A stretch of DNA of 64,000 nt. Origin: Phoronis australis. Its lineage: Eukaryota; Animalia; Phoronida. The notes beneath the pieces are model-generated. The model was not told the DNA's origin, did not search any database, and saw only the letters and a program-made list of their open reading frames with translations. The DNA is taken from contig NMRA01000408.1 of assembly GCA_002633005.1 (NCBI GenBank), positions 186,001 to 250,000 of the forward strand, read 5' to 3'. Made by a program: the position numbers and the translations under genes. This document shows, piece by piece, positions 25,836 through 38,100 of this stretch; the stretch's first letter is position 1; each line of letters opens with the position of its first letter.

Positions 25836-27958
25836 CGAGTTATCACTAGGAATAGCGTTGTCTCGATCGCTTAATATCGAGTGGTCCCGCAAATGGCGAG
25901 TTACACTGAGTACCACAACCCGCGGCAATGAAGAATGTCATGGCTCAACTAGAATGACCGGCGACGCCGACTGCCGTGAGGCAATCTGCAGATCAGTACG
26001 ATTGCCTGAAAAGGCCCATTTGCGTAAAATTAGTATTGGAGTAGGCCTACCGTATAAGTAGGAACCACCTCCTACAGCCCACGGTTTTGCTCGGATGGTA
26101 CTCCCAGTTCGGCAGCTAGTCGGCCAAATTTACTTCATTTATCTTCTTGTATACAAAACCGCAGTGGCGGATTTAGAAGGGGCATGCCCCCTCCCAAAAC
26201 TCTCCCATATTCCATTTGGCAAAGTGGGAGGTGCGAATGTCTCAAGTGACGGGCAAAATCCTGGCTAATACTCTGCCCTGGCCCCCTAACAAAAAATCCT
26301 AGGTCCGCCCGTGCAATGATGCCCTCCGGCCGGCCTACTACTACTGAGTATAGTAGGCCTATACTAAGTTTCGTGATCTACATCGTCTCTTCTTTTACCA
26401 GCCGTCAACACTCACATAAACATAGCAATTTTTAAACCGTGGGGTTCTGCGTTATTACCGGCTGACTGAGGAAAACCAGTCCAAATCTCTGGAAATTTTA
26501 ATTGTTTTTGTTGTGCTGTTTTTTTTGTGTTTGTGTTTTTTGTCTTCACCGGAGTGCCTCCTTAAAAGCCACGGGCCCCTGGGTTGTGGGTCCTCCCCAG
26601 TGTCCGGGCACCACCTGGCCATGCGATTCAATTAAGTTTGCAGTGACGTGTTTTTATCCTAGGCCTACTTCAAGTAGAAAGTATGAAAAGAAATTGGCGC
26701 GAAATTCTTGCCTCCCAAAACGTCACTTCCGGAGTAGACGACGAGTAATTAATTAAATTACGAAAAGCTGTAAATAAGTGAAAAACATGTCTGGGATAAT
26801 CAACGAACCCTATTTTTGCTAAAAATGACATGAAAAAGGTTGCCTTCGCCTTTAAACCATTTCGTTCATAATGCATTTTCATCGTGACATTTTTTTTNCG
26901 AGTTATCACTAGGAATAGCGTTGTCTCGATCGCGTAATATCGAGTGGTCCCGCAAATGGCGAGTTACACTGAGTACCACAACCCGCGGCAGTGAAGCAAT
27001 GTCATCATCAACTAGAATGACCGGCGACGCCGACTGCCGTGAGGCAATCTGCAGATCAGTACGATTGCCTGAAAAGGCCCAGTTGCGTAAAATTAGTATT
27101 GGAGTAGGCCTGCCGTATAAGTAGGAACCACCTCCTACTACAGTCACGGTTTTGCTCGGATGGTACTCCGGCAGCTATTTTGGGGCCAAATTTACTTTAC
27201 AACATTTATCTTCTTGTACAAAACCGCAGTGGCGGATTTAGAAGGGGCATGCCCCCTCCCAAAACTCTCCCATATTCCATTTGGCAAAGTGGGGGGTGCG
27301 AATGTCTCAAGTGACGGGCAAAATCCTGGCTAATATTCTGCGGCCCTGGCCCCCTAACAAAAAATCCTGGGTCCGCCCGTGCAATGCCTTCCGGCCGGCC
27401 TACAAACTACTGAGTATAGTAGGCCTATACTAAGTTTCGTGATCTACATCGTCTCTTCTTTTACCAACCGTCAACACTCACATAAACATAGCAATTTTTA
27501 AACCGTGGGGTTCTGAGTTATTACCGGCTGACTGAGGAAAACCAGCCCAAATCTCTGGAAATTTTAATTGTTTTTGTTGTGCTGTTTTTTGTGTTTGTGT
27601 TTTTTGTCTTCACCGGAGTGCCTCCTTAACAGCCAAGGGCCCCTGGGTTGTGGGTCCTCCCCAGTGTCCACCACCTGGCCATGCGATTCAATTAAGTTTG
27701 CAGTGACGTGTTTTTATCCTAGGCCTACTTCAAGTAGAAAGTATGAAAAGAAATTGGCGCGAAATTCTTGCCTCCCAAAACGTCACTTCCGGAGTAGACG
27801 ACGAGTAATTAATTAAATTACGAAAAGCTGTAAATAAGTAAAAAACATGTCTGGGATAATCAACGAACCCTATTTTTGCTAAAAATGACATGAAAAAGGT
27901 TGCCTTCGCCTTTAAACCATTTCGTTCATAATGCATTTTCATCGTGACATTTTTTTTT
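25836..27958. repeat. ~1.06-kb tandem duplication (25836-26897 and 26899-27958) joined at a single N
   Basis: Both copies start cgagttatcactagg and end gtgacattttttt; they differ by scattered SNPs and indels; N at 26898. Confidence 0.93.
26162..26315. mobile_element. cagtggcggatttag-family MITE (copies also near 25690, 27227, 31063-31129, 35592-35737)
   Basis: Terminus cagtggcggatttag with opposing ctaggtccgcccgtg; recurrent GC-rich family, probably hAT-like. Confidence 0.6.
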
Positions 27959-30900
27959 AAATCAACAGAATTTAATATAGATTTTTGCTTATTTTTCATT
28001 TTCTTCTGGTGCACTAACAAAATGGCTACCCAAGTGAGTGACAATCGTTTTTTGTTGAAAACGTTATGTAGGAGTCTTTACGACTAGTTAATGTAGTACA
28101 GCAACTTGGACCCCATGTTTTGATGGTGTATGGTACCTTGCGTGGGAATATTTAATTCTGTCAACTTCCCCTCGTGAATACTTGACACTAATTCTCTGTT
28201 TAAAGTGAATTATTATTTCTTTTGTCTACCTACCGATGCTCCTTCTGTGGTGTCTGCCTTGTTTTTCAATTGAATTATGTTCCGCCCGAAATTCCCCAAA
28301 TTTTTGGGTTACAAATTTTTAGGCAACTGCCTCCTACTCCACCAATACGCCTATATATGGGGCTTAATTGTGTGGCAGCGCGCCATATCGCGGCCCCATC
28401 CGTCGAAAGCGGTGCGAAAATTCTATACTTTCTTGTGCTGAGGGGCACGAGTATATGTCAGTGGCCGATCTACGTTTTCAGTAAAGGGGGGGAGGAGTTA
28501 GAATTCCCGCAAAGGTCGAATCCGAGGCGCGTGGCGCCGAGCGAGGGGAGGTCGGGAGGGGATGTTCCCCCTTACCGTGTAAGACAATTTTTTGTTTTTG
28601 TAGCCAAATAGTGAAATTTCCATGCATCCTGGTAAGTTTCTGGCACTTAACATATCTCTGGAGTTTTTCTTAAGAGAATTCAAAACCTTCTCGATTTCGT
28701 CACATGAACTTGGGTCATAAGTTTTGTGAAACCAAATTTGTGCACATCTGGGTATGAGTCACGCCACCAGCAAAAATTTTTGTTGGAACATCTGCCTACA
28801 CACACCTTTTTTACCATACGAAAAGTCGTATACGAAAAAGTGGGGCGTGTATACAGGTGTTTAGACAACTACCAAATATTCAAGAGCATAAGGAGCACCG
28901 ACGGGACGTAAAAATTTGAATATCATATGATCGCCTAACAGCAGCCTCAAGTTGTTTAAGAACGAAGACCTGTACTCTAAGTCAGGAAATAAACATGTGT
29001 TCTGTTTCGTTACGAGAAAAACTGGCGAACGATGGTGCTCTCAGTTCATAGTCTACTATTAAAAGCGACAATAAACAATTAAGTATCACTTTATTAAGCT
29101 GAATCACGTTGACAACAACTGAAAAACGTCAAATGTATCACGAAACAAGTCATCTGAAAACAGTTTCACGAAACCAAAACATTCTGTAGGCCTACACCGT
29201 AGTGAAAGGATATACACGACCAGTTAGCAGAGGGACCAGGTGTACACTGAGAGTACACAAAAAGGCTAGCCTGGTCCGTCACGAGACCAAAAGTACACCT
29301 GTGCTGATTATCCCTATAAAAATAGTCGATCTGTCGCGGGACCTAACAGTAATGGCTGAGATAAATAGTTTTACAAAGCACACGTTGGTAAAAAGCATCA
29401 CAAGACTAGTTCGCCGAGGAACCAGAAGTACACTGAAACTCAATATCTACACAAATCAAGCTGGCCTGCTCCGTTGCGAGACCTAAAGTGTACTATGCAA
29501 AATATTTTGAATTGAAAACTTCTCTCTAAGCACTTTTTAATCCCCAGTGGTTGCTCATTCGTGTATTTTACACATCTGGTGGTCAATTGCTGCGAGGTGG
29601 TGTCTAGGAAGGGTTTTCGCACTGTTCTGTAGTACTCACTGGAAGAAACAAGTATTGAGTATTAATTTAATTACGCACTACGTGAAATAGATTTTGGATA
29701 TGAAGCAGATAGAGTCAAGTGGAAATACAAACCAGAACCAGTTTCTGTGCGCTCGTAGACCCTCTGCTGTACTGGGTAAATTTGGCATGTCCAAAACTAT
29801 TTCGTTTTCATTGTACACAAGCATAAAAAACCGACATTATATACAAACTGTGTAGAATTATAACGTATTACCTGGGTATTTCTCCAGAAACGTTAGTGCT
29901 ATCATTCTGTTGTCTAGACTGCCGAGGAATCGGATCCAATGGTTTGCTCGTCTTGGAACCATTCTACCCAGATATCTTCGATGTTTGTTACCAACGCTTG
30001 CACTTCGTCAACTGCTATGTCAATGAGCTTGTAACCCTCTACAACGTCAGCATCTCGTTTCGCAACTCAGTTGGCACTAAGCCCCTTGCCAAGTCCATTC
30101 AAAAGGCTTACATGCGCAACTAAGTTTGATCCGTTCATCATGGACTACTTCAAACCTTGACGATGTATCCCAGGACCTATTTGCATCTCTTGCAATTTTC
30201 GAAATAAACGCCCCGATGTCTGAACGTTTGAAAGTACTAACATCAAATAAATGCCCATGGAAATGGACGTTTCATCAGGTGGGGCCTTTCTGCGGAAATT
30301 CCCAGTATAGAAGACTGCAGTGGTGTTTATTGCAGGTAGAAAGACGGTAGGTGTTGAGGTCGGAACTAGGGCTCCTCAGGAGGCCTATTGAAAATCGCAC
30401 GAGTCCCATAAGACTTTGTTGTGAAAGTACAGCCTCCCCGCAATTTTTGGTACTGTACACTGTTCACGAATGCGGTCACTTTGTCAATGTGAGTGCGCCC
30501 TTGGTCATTCCTTGTATAGACATAACTTGTTAGAGTGCGCCCGCCACAATAGCAGTTCTTCGAAAAACGATTTTTTTTCAAAAATATTACATGTACATGT
30601 ACACTGTATGATATTGCGCAAGACAACTTTACTATACACCAGTCAAACTCGAGTGACAAACGTGTGGAGTGTAATAGGCTGACACGGCATGACAGATGAG
30701 GTAAAAACGTTGCACGTCAATTTGCCTGAATATCAGGGTTGCGGCATCACAGTATTTTCCCTAATCAAATCAAAACATATCTTAGAATAAAGAAGCTAGT
30801 TACATAAAGAAATCAGCTATAGAGCTGCTCTTTTAGCGATGGATCCATCTAAAATGCGCGCGCACAATTGCTCTCCGCGTGTTTTGCCGATGAGCCACGA

Positions 30901-32829
30901 AGACTCGAAATGCGTTGATTTTCGTAACAGCAATTCACAATGCAAAAAATTATATTTTCAGAGTGAACCCCCTCCCCCTCAATTTTTTCCAGGTTGGTTT
31001 ACTTAATAGGCTTTACACACGCTGGCGGTGCCGTTTTTGTTTTGCTGGAGACGTTTTTTTTTCATTTTTTGGGTCCTGGCCCAAGGGGGGGGGGTTAAAC
31101 CCCCTGAATCCCCCGTAGATCCGCCACTGTATGTGTATACAGTACATACCTAGCGCACTTTCAGCGTAGATACAACGCAGTCTGAACAAATGATAGTGAA
31201 TGACGACGTGTTGCGTCAGGTATGCGGTCGACATAAACTGGGTGCGTCCGGAACACGCTCGGTATGCGCTCTGCATACGCAACTGCAGCAACAAAATTGT
31301 TGCGCACTGAAACCAATGCACAGCAGACCAAGGAAACTAATTTGGCGCATTTATGATGATTTTTAGATAGCCAGAACAAACTTCTTAAATGGGAAAGCAT
31401 TAAGAAAAATTATAACTTGAAAGATACGTCTATCATACCATTTTCTTGCACTACAACAACCTTGAAGAAAGTTCTGAGTGCGGTGGATAGAAGGATTGTT
31501 AGTTGTAATAACATTAGATTTTTATTGTTCAATAGCTCCAATTCATGAATTAAAATATTTATTCACAAGTTTTCTGTAAAGCTAGATAATTATGCGTCCT
31601 TACTCAACTATTATTCAAACGACGAAATTAAGATATAATCTCCCTTTCAATCTACCCATAAACCATCATTTCACAATCATGTTTAAATACTTTTTCATCC
31701 ACAAAAGAATTTATACAAACAAAATGTTAAAAATATTTCATATTTGACAAACAGACCAATGTCCCAACTGTGGCAGGTCTAGACTTTTCAGCATATGTTT
31801 TTTACAGCTTCTTCTGTTTTAAAACGTTTCTGGAATTCTTTACATCATTTCAAAGTTTTTACCTTACACACTGAGCCATCTATGTACCACTTCTTAGTTT
31901 GCTTCTTTGGCAATCTAAGTGAAATGTTCAATACCATATACACTCATGCTCAACATTATATTTATACATCATCGAGAGATGGGACTCAACCTTGTTTTAT
32001 TAAGTTCAGATTTATACTTTTTGACGCTGTGAACCTCATTGTAATTAACGCCTCGGATAAAACGTCAGAACTTTGGAGGGTTTGCAGGCACCTCTTTAAA
32101 ATGATTCAGACAATATGTGAACACCTTCTCATTTGAAATGAGCTTTTCTCAAATAAATAAGCTTCGAAAAAAGGACTTAAATTGAATACTTAATAAGGTA
32201 TTGCCCAGACAATGCCACACTTGCATATTCATTAAACGGTCTACCCTATATATATATAGGGTATACCACTAGCGTCATTGTTTGAGTGGTCTATCCTATA
32301 TCCACGGTGGTGTTATGTTATTAACCACTCATGTTGTATTATAAGAAAACTGTCCTTTTCACAAATATGCACCTACGTAAATGTAAATAAAAGTTAATCA
32401 AACCAAGTGAATGTGAATGTGAATAAGTGTATGAAAGTCCTCCCCCTTCCCGTTTCCCTCCCCCTTTGATAATAATCTCGGCTATTATCCGCCCAATCAT
32501 TAGGAGTTCCTTTCCAGATACTTATTTGTTCTATTTGTATGACGTATTGTCCTCTAGTATGTTGTAAAGATATGTAGTTGGTTGGGGCCACCTAACCCCA
32601 GCCGTATCTACTAATCACTAATGATATGCTTTCTGGGTAAATGAACGTATTGAAAAAAGAAGCGCATCGGTGTTACTGAGTACAGTAGTCCGAAGTCCCG
32701 TCGATCACACAGAGGATTAGATCTTCCCATCTTCTCTACACAACAATTAAATGTCTTCTATCCACAACCGACATTTACCGTGTTCCAGTAAATCACACAA
32801 AGTGTCGTTACGTATCGTTGGCCAAAGGG

Positions 32830-33144
32830 ACGTTATACCGTTAAATTACGTGCGTAAGTTAATACTTGGTAGACGCGTAAAGTAATTATTTACGGCATAA
32901 AGTAACCTTTTACGGTGTAAAGTAATTATTTGCAGCGTTAAGTAATCATTTGCGGCGCAAAATACGTTTTTACGATGTTAAGTAATTGTTTGTGCCGTGA
33001 AGTAATTAATTACGGCGTAAAGCAACTTTTAACGCCGCAAATAATTACTTTACGCCGTAAAGTATTAATTACTTTACACCGTAAATAATTACTTTACGCC
33101 TCTAACAAGAATTAGCTCACGCATGTAATTTAACGGCGTAGCGT
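32830..33144. mobile_element. Foldback element with inverted arms of ~21-bp tandem subrepeats
   Basis: Left arm cgttataccgttaaattac...(gtaaagtaattatttacggc)n; right arm is its reverse complement (...aataattactttac)n...gtaatttaacggcgtagcg. Confidence 0.8.
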
Positions 33145-33777
33145 TCACGATAGTTACTCACCTGCGCTGTGGGATGAGTATCCCGATTTCACTGATCGGC
33201 TAGTCGAAATACAGCCGTGTTGTCATCAGTTTGACAGCGATAGCAAGGGGAGAAAGTTGTCAAACCAACGTTTACATAGTCTAGCTCCCTCATTGTTTGC
33301 TTTCATCTGATAAGCTCATGTAATCCAGCAATTATGTTGTAAACCGCGCGCCTGACGCTAACCGATATTTAAAAAATGCTATTTCCAAACTACGTTCAAG
33401 AATTGTCGTGAAAAAAGGTGTTTTGTATGAAATACTATCACCAAAAAAATTCGAACGGAGAAAGACAGTTGACTTTTAGAGAAACTAGATTTAACTTCGA
33501 ACTGCTGATCCTTTGTGTGACATCTGACCCGCTTACTACCACAACATTGTGTACCAACACATTTTTTGTCAACTTTAATCCAATATGATATACTAGATGA
33601 GATCGCGATGTTGGAAATTTCTTGGTTTTAACAGTCCAAGGAAATGGTACCTAACGTACTTGATGTTTTTCAAAAGATTGGCATTAGTCACAAATTAGAC
33701 AGCGGTATCTTTATTTTATATATTTTTTCTGTACTAGATAACTTATTAGAGTGGAATAGAAATTTCTATCGAACCAT

Positions 33778-35146
33778 TTAAAAACCAAAGATGGGATGCT
33801 GATTCAAAACGTGAGAATCCCACTGGTTCTCATTGTTTGTGTCTGATCGCTTAACCTTGGTCCAGAGAATCGGATGTCTGTCAAGGAAACGTCGAAGCCA
33901 GTTATTTGAAGCTTTGAATCTGACGTAATGCGGCTGAAGGAGTTCAAATGCTTTCATCTTAATGCTGACGTTTGTTACCGCCCTGGGCTGTTGAAGAATC
34001 CAGCGCACTAACACCACCTCAAGTTCTGGGTCATAGGTCACCTTCCGACCAGCACCTACAGCGCGACCAGACTTATCATGCCTCATACAGTTCTTTGACA
34101 ATGACTTTTTCCACGTGCTCAGCGTGGACTGGGGCACCTTCAGCTGTCTGGCAATAGAGACGACTCCAAAGATCTTCGCCAGTTCGACAAACTCACGCTT
34201 CTCCTGTATAGTGTATACACGGTATCGCTTCCCTCGCTTAGACTGGCTCTTATCACTCACATTATCCTGTACACCTACGCTGTCAGCCTCTCTTGTTAGC
34301 AAGTCCTCGTTGTCATCACTTCTCCTTCTGCACACCGTACTGGTGGAGAATAAAGCTTTGTGGCGTTTCTTGAAATCTTTCAACCAACCGCTACAGACAG
34401 CACTCTTGCCATAAGAACGACCTAATTCAACAGTCTTTGCTTTTATGTTAGCATCAGTCACGATCTTTTTTATGCCTCTCTGTTGCCGCACCCAACCTGT
34501 AATGCTCTTTTCCAACGACCCAAAGTCATCGTCCGAGCACGTCGTGTCCCTATTCTTTCCTGTTAACGAACAGACACAGTTCTTATGGAAGTGTTTCTTC
34601 CACGTGCTCAGGGTTGATTGGGGAATCTTCATCTGTCTTGCAATCGAAGAGACGCCAATTAAGTTGGCGAAATCGACTACTAACTTCTTTTCATGTGCAT
34701 TATAGTTGTTATATTTCTTTCGCAAAAACGTCTTCCAGCAAATGGCGTCATTCGAACTGAGGCCGAACTGGTAACCAGCGTTCACGGATTTATTATTAAA
34801 ATCATCGATATGATTCTCAATACTCAGAGAATTCTTGCTGAATGATTCTCCATTTGCCCTTTTATTTACACGTAAATCCAGCGGGGACTCTACAATCTCT
34901 GGACCGTTCAAATTATTTATACTTCCGTCTGTACACGAATGGCTTCGTGATCTTTCGGAGATATGAAGCTGCCTGTCTGTAAAAGCATCCATATTATTAG
35001 TTGAAGAAAAATGACCATCGATAGACAGATTTTCCTTTACAGACACTTTATTGAGCATACTCGTTAACTTCTTGATAGTCTCCGTAGGCAGTCGGTCTGT
35101 CGTTGGGGCCGAGGCTGGTTCTGCTTCGGAGGGAACAACCTCTGAC
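33778..35146 (-). CDS. HTH-CENPB gene, large terminal exon
   Basis: Acceptor ttttcttag|G at 35147; the frame is open from the acceptor through the 426-aa ORF to TAA. Confidence 0.9.
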
Positions 35147-38100
35147 CTAAGAAAATAGATATCTAATAAGCATTATATCAAAATAAACATTACGCAACAG
35201 TGACACACGGGCAATTTTGGTCGGTCACAATTCATCACAACTGATTTTTGTATTCATATATGGCTGAGCCATTTCTTGATGAATTCATACGAATGGTACA
35301 ATATATAAATTGTTGATAAGAATTCAGATGAACAGTTGACAATGTTTTGCATGCAATTTTTATCATAAGTCGTGACAATTTATGATTTATCACAGAACAA
35401 TGATAAATGATCAAAATAGTTTTTACATGAATTACATGTACGTTATGATTCCACTAGACTGACATGAATTCATGTCAACCAAAACAGTAATGTAGCAGTA
35501 TGACAACTCGACATTAGTACGAATGCAGCAAATGAAACAAGCCAGTCTTCAAACTGCTAGTTTCATTTGCAGTTTTCAGATTGCTTATTACGCAGGCGCG
35601 GATCCAGATGGGGCTCAGATGGGGCGGACCTACTGCTCGACCATTTTTGTACTGATGGAATGAAGGAATCTAAAGTGACTAACATGGACATGTACATATG
35701 CCCCAATCCTTCTAGATCTGCTTCTGATCCGGGCTGCGGTAGAGTGAATGTTTCTAGTCGGCTGTCAAAACCTAAACATAAGAAACACGCGAACAAGGCA
35801 TTCAAGTAGTTTTACTGGAGCCTGGAGGGTGAACGTGCGTGATCGAGGTATGTGTACAGTTCGATCCTCACCGGTCCGTGCTACAGACGTTTCTAGACCC
35901 ACACATCATGGGCGGCGCAGCACTGAGAAAAGTAAGGGGGGGGGACTAAAGCCCTCTCAGCCCCCCTATGGTGCGCCACCCATGCATTTGTCTCGTCTCA
36001 CCCCTCGGTCAACTTTGGAAAGGAATTTGAAAAATAGATAGATTTCGCATGTATTGCACACTTGTCATAGATTTAATTTCATTATTCTTGATTTGGTTAC
36101 GGTACGCATAGTGATTTCTCACTGATGGAAAATCTCGTGAAACGAAAGTATAATAGCGTGTTGACACCACATGTCGCTCTTACGGGCATGCGCACTCGAT
36201 GGAAGTCAGACTGTACGCCCATCTGTGATCTACTAATATTGATCCAGTAAAATTTTGTCAATGGGACATCATCGGTGAGAAATTTGATTTTCTGAAATCG
36301 GCCCAGGCTCCGAGCAGAATCGAACCTAAACAGCGCGGTCACAGACAAACGACTGCTGGCGGTGCTAAATCCCAGATATGAGCGTATTAAACTGGTAAAG
36401 CCAACGACCTTGATTTCCAGCAAATGTCGGACAGACAACAGCGAGAGTTGTCGATTTGTAACAACACCACAAAAACAAGACGGATTTTGTTGTTTTATAT
36501 CTGTGGTCAAAGCTAACTTCAGGAAACTATCACATACTATAATCCCAAAAATGTCCCAGTCTCAATTTTGAACACTTTTCGCAATGAATTTCGTTTATCA
36601 ATGTTAGTAGTATTTTTCTTAAGTACATAATTGCTATGGGAGTGTTGCTTGTGAAAACTAATGCTGGTTAAAGTTAATTCTTTGCAACTATTCAACACAT
36701 TGTATCACAATTCTCTCATCATTTTATTTCAGTTATCACTGTAAAATGGGCGGCGCACCATAAGGGGGCAGGGGGCGGGGGCTTTAGCCCCCAATTTTTT
36801 CAGTGCTACGCCACCCATGGGCTGAGCGCGGTGCACCACAGAGGGGCTAGGGGAGGGGGGGGAGGGGGGCTATAGCCCATGTGTAAGTATAGTTATTTAT
36901 GTTTGACTTTTATCTTATTGTTGTGAGCTTGGTCTCAAATTTCCTGGCTTGGGACGTTTGTTATCACTTGTGACCATACTCTACCAGTTTGCCGATTATG
37001 AAGCGCCAAAGGGTTCCTCTTGAGCGAATACCTTTCTGATTCTCACGGCGGGTCATTTTATGCGCCGAGAATGGTCTCAAGCAATAAGAAATTGACAGTT
37101 ATCCTCCAGCACAGAAATCTGGTCTTATCTGAGTTGGGAACACGTTGAAATCAGTTTCACAGGCGTCAGTGATCGAAATCATAAGTTCGTTTCTTTGATG
37201 GAACAGTGGTTTATAGTGGCTGATCACGGAGTCACAAACAAAAACTGTCGTTCAGTGAGTTGAAATGCATTCCAGCGACAAAGTAGCATCAAGTTTCTCA
37301 TTGAAAAGTGAGTAGGTAACGTTTCATTCGTATTTGTGATTTCTTTGTAAGCGTTACAAAAGCATGGGATTCGATGATTATCCGAGGGCCGATGGTCGAA
37401 TATTTGTTTTGCGAATGGTTTGTTAATACTTTTTATTTGTATCGCCCTCAGCTCTTTGAAAGGTTGCCGTGCTTCGATATCCAAAGACAGTTGCCTTTCC
37501 AACTGTTGAGTGTCAAGGCATATATAAAGCAATAAACACAGAACTCGCCTTAGTTCAGTGGGTATCCAGTTTTCCTCATACACACCATCAACACGGGAAT
37601 CTCGTCTCTACGTGACAACAGACCTTTTCTCGCCGGTTGTACGCATATGGCTTTTTCACGAACTGCATTTCTTATACAAAAGACGATTCTTTTCCTACGA
37701 ACATATTTCTCACGTCGCGAACCACTGTTGCTTAGCTGTAGGGTTGAAGTATGTACATGTATCATGATACAAGTAGCTTTCATGATAAATTGTGCCAAGC
37801 ACGTGATAACTCAGTGCCTCCTGTTCGAGAATGCATCGTGGTTCACGAGAAAAGAACTCAGTATATTTGCAAATAATTGAAGTCGTGACAAAACTAAATT
37901 ATGGAAAACGTACGTCCGAACGACCAGTGTTGGAGGAAGACCGTTTAATTTGAAAGTCACTAGTTTCAGTTTCAATACCGTGACAACTCGTGACGACGAC
38001 CACGACGATGACGACGTCAACAACGATGATGATAAGACCAGTAACAAAGATGATCTAATGGTGGCGACGACCCCCACGAAGGCGACAACGATGACAATAT

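Noticed and set aside
25717-27816. Duplicated ORF pairs (25717/26921, 26502/27568) as a gene family
   Set aside because: They arise from the 1.06-kb duplication, differ by frameshifts and lack recognisable domains.
33972-34705. Plus-strand ORFs opposite the HTH gene
   Set aside because: Antisense shadows of the real coding exon.
37224-37583. 119-aa minus ORF inside the HTH-gene intron as an extra exon
   Set aside because: No recognisable motif and no phase-compatible splice pair needed or identified.
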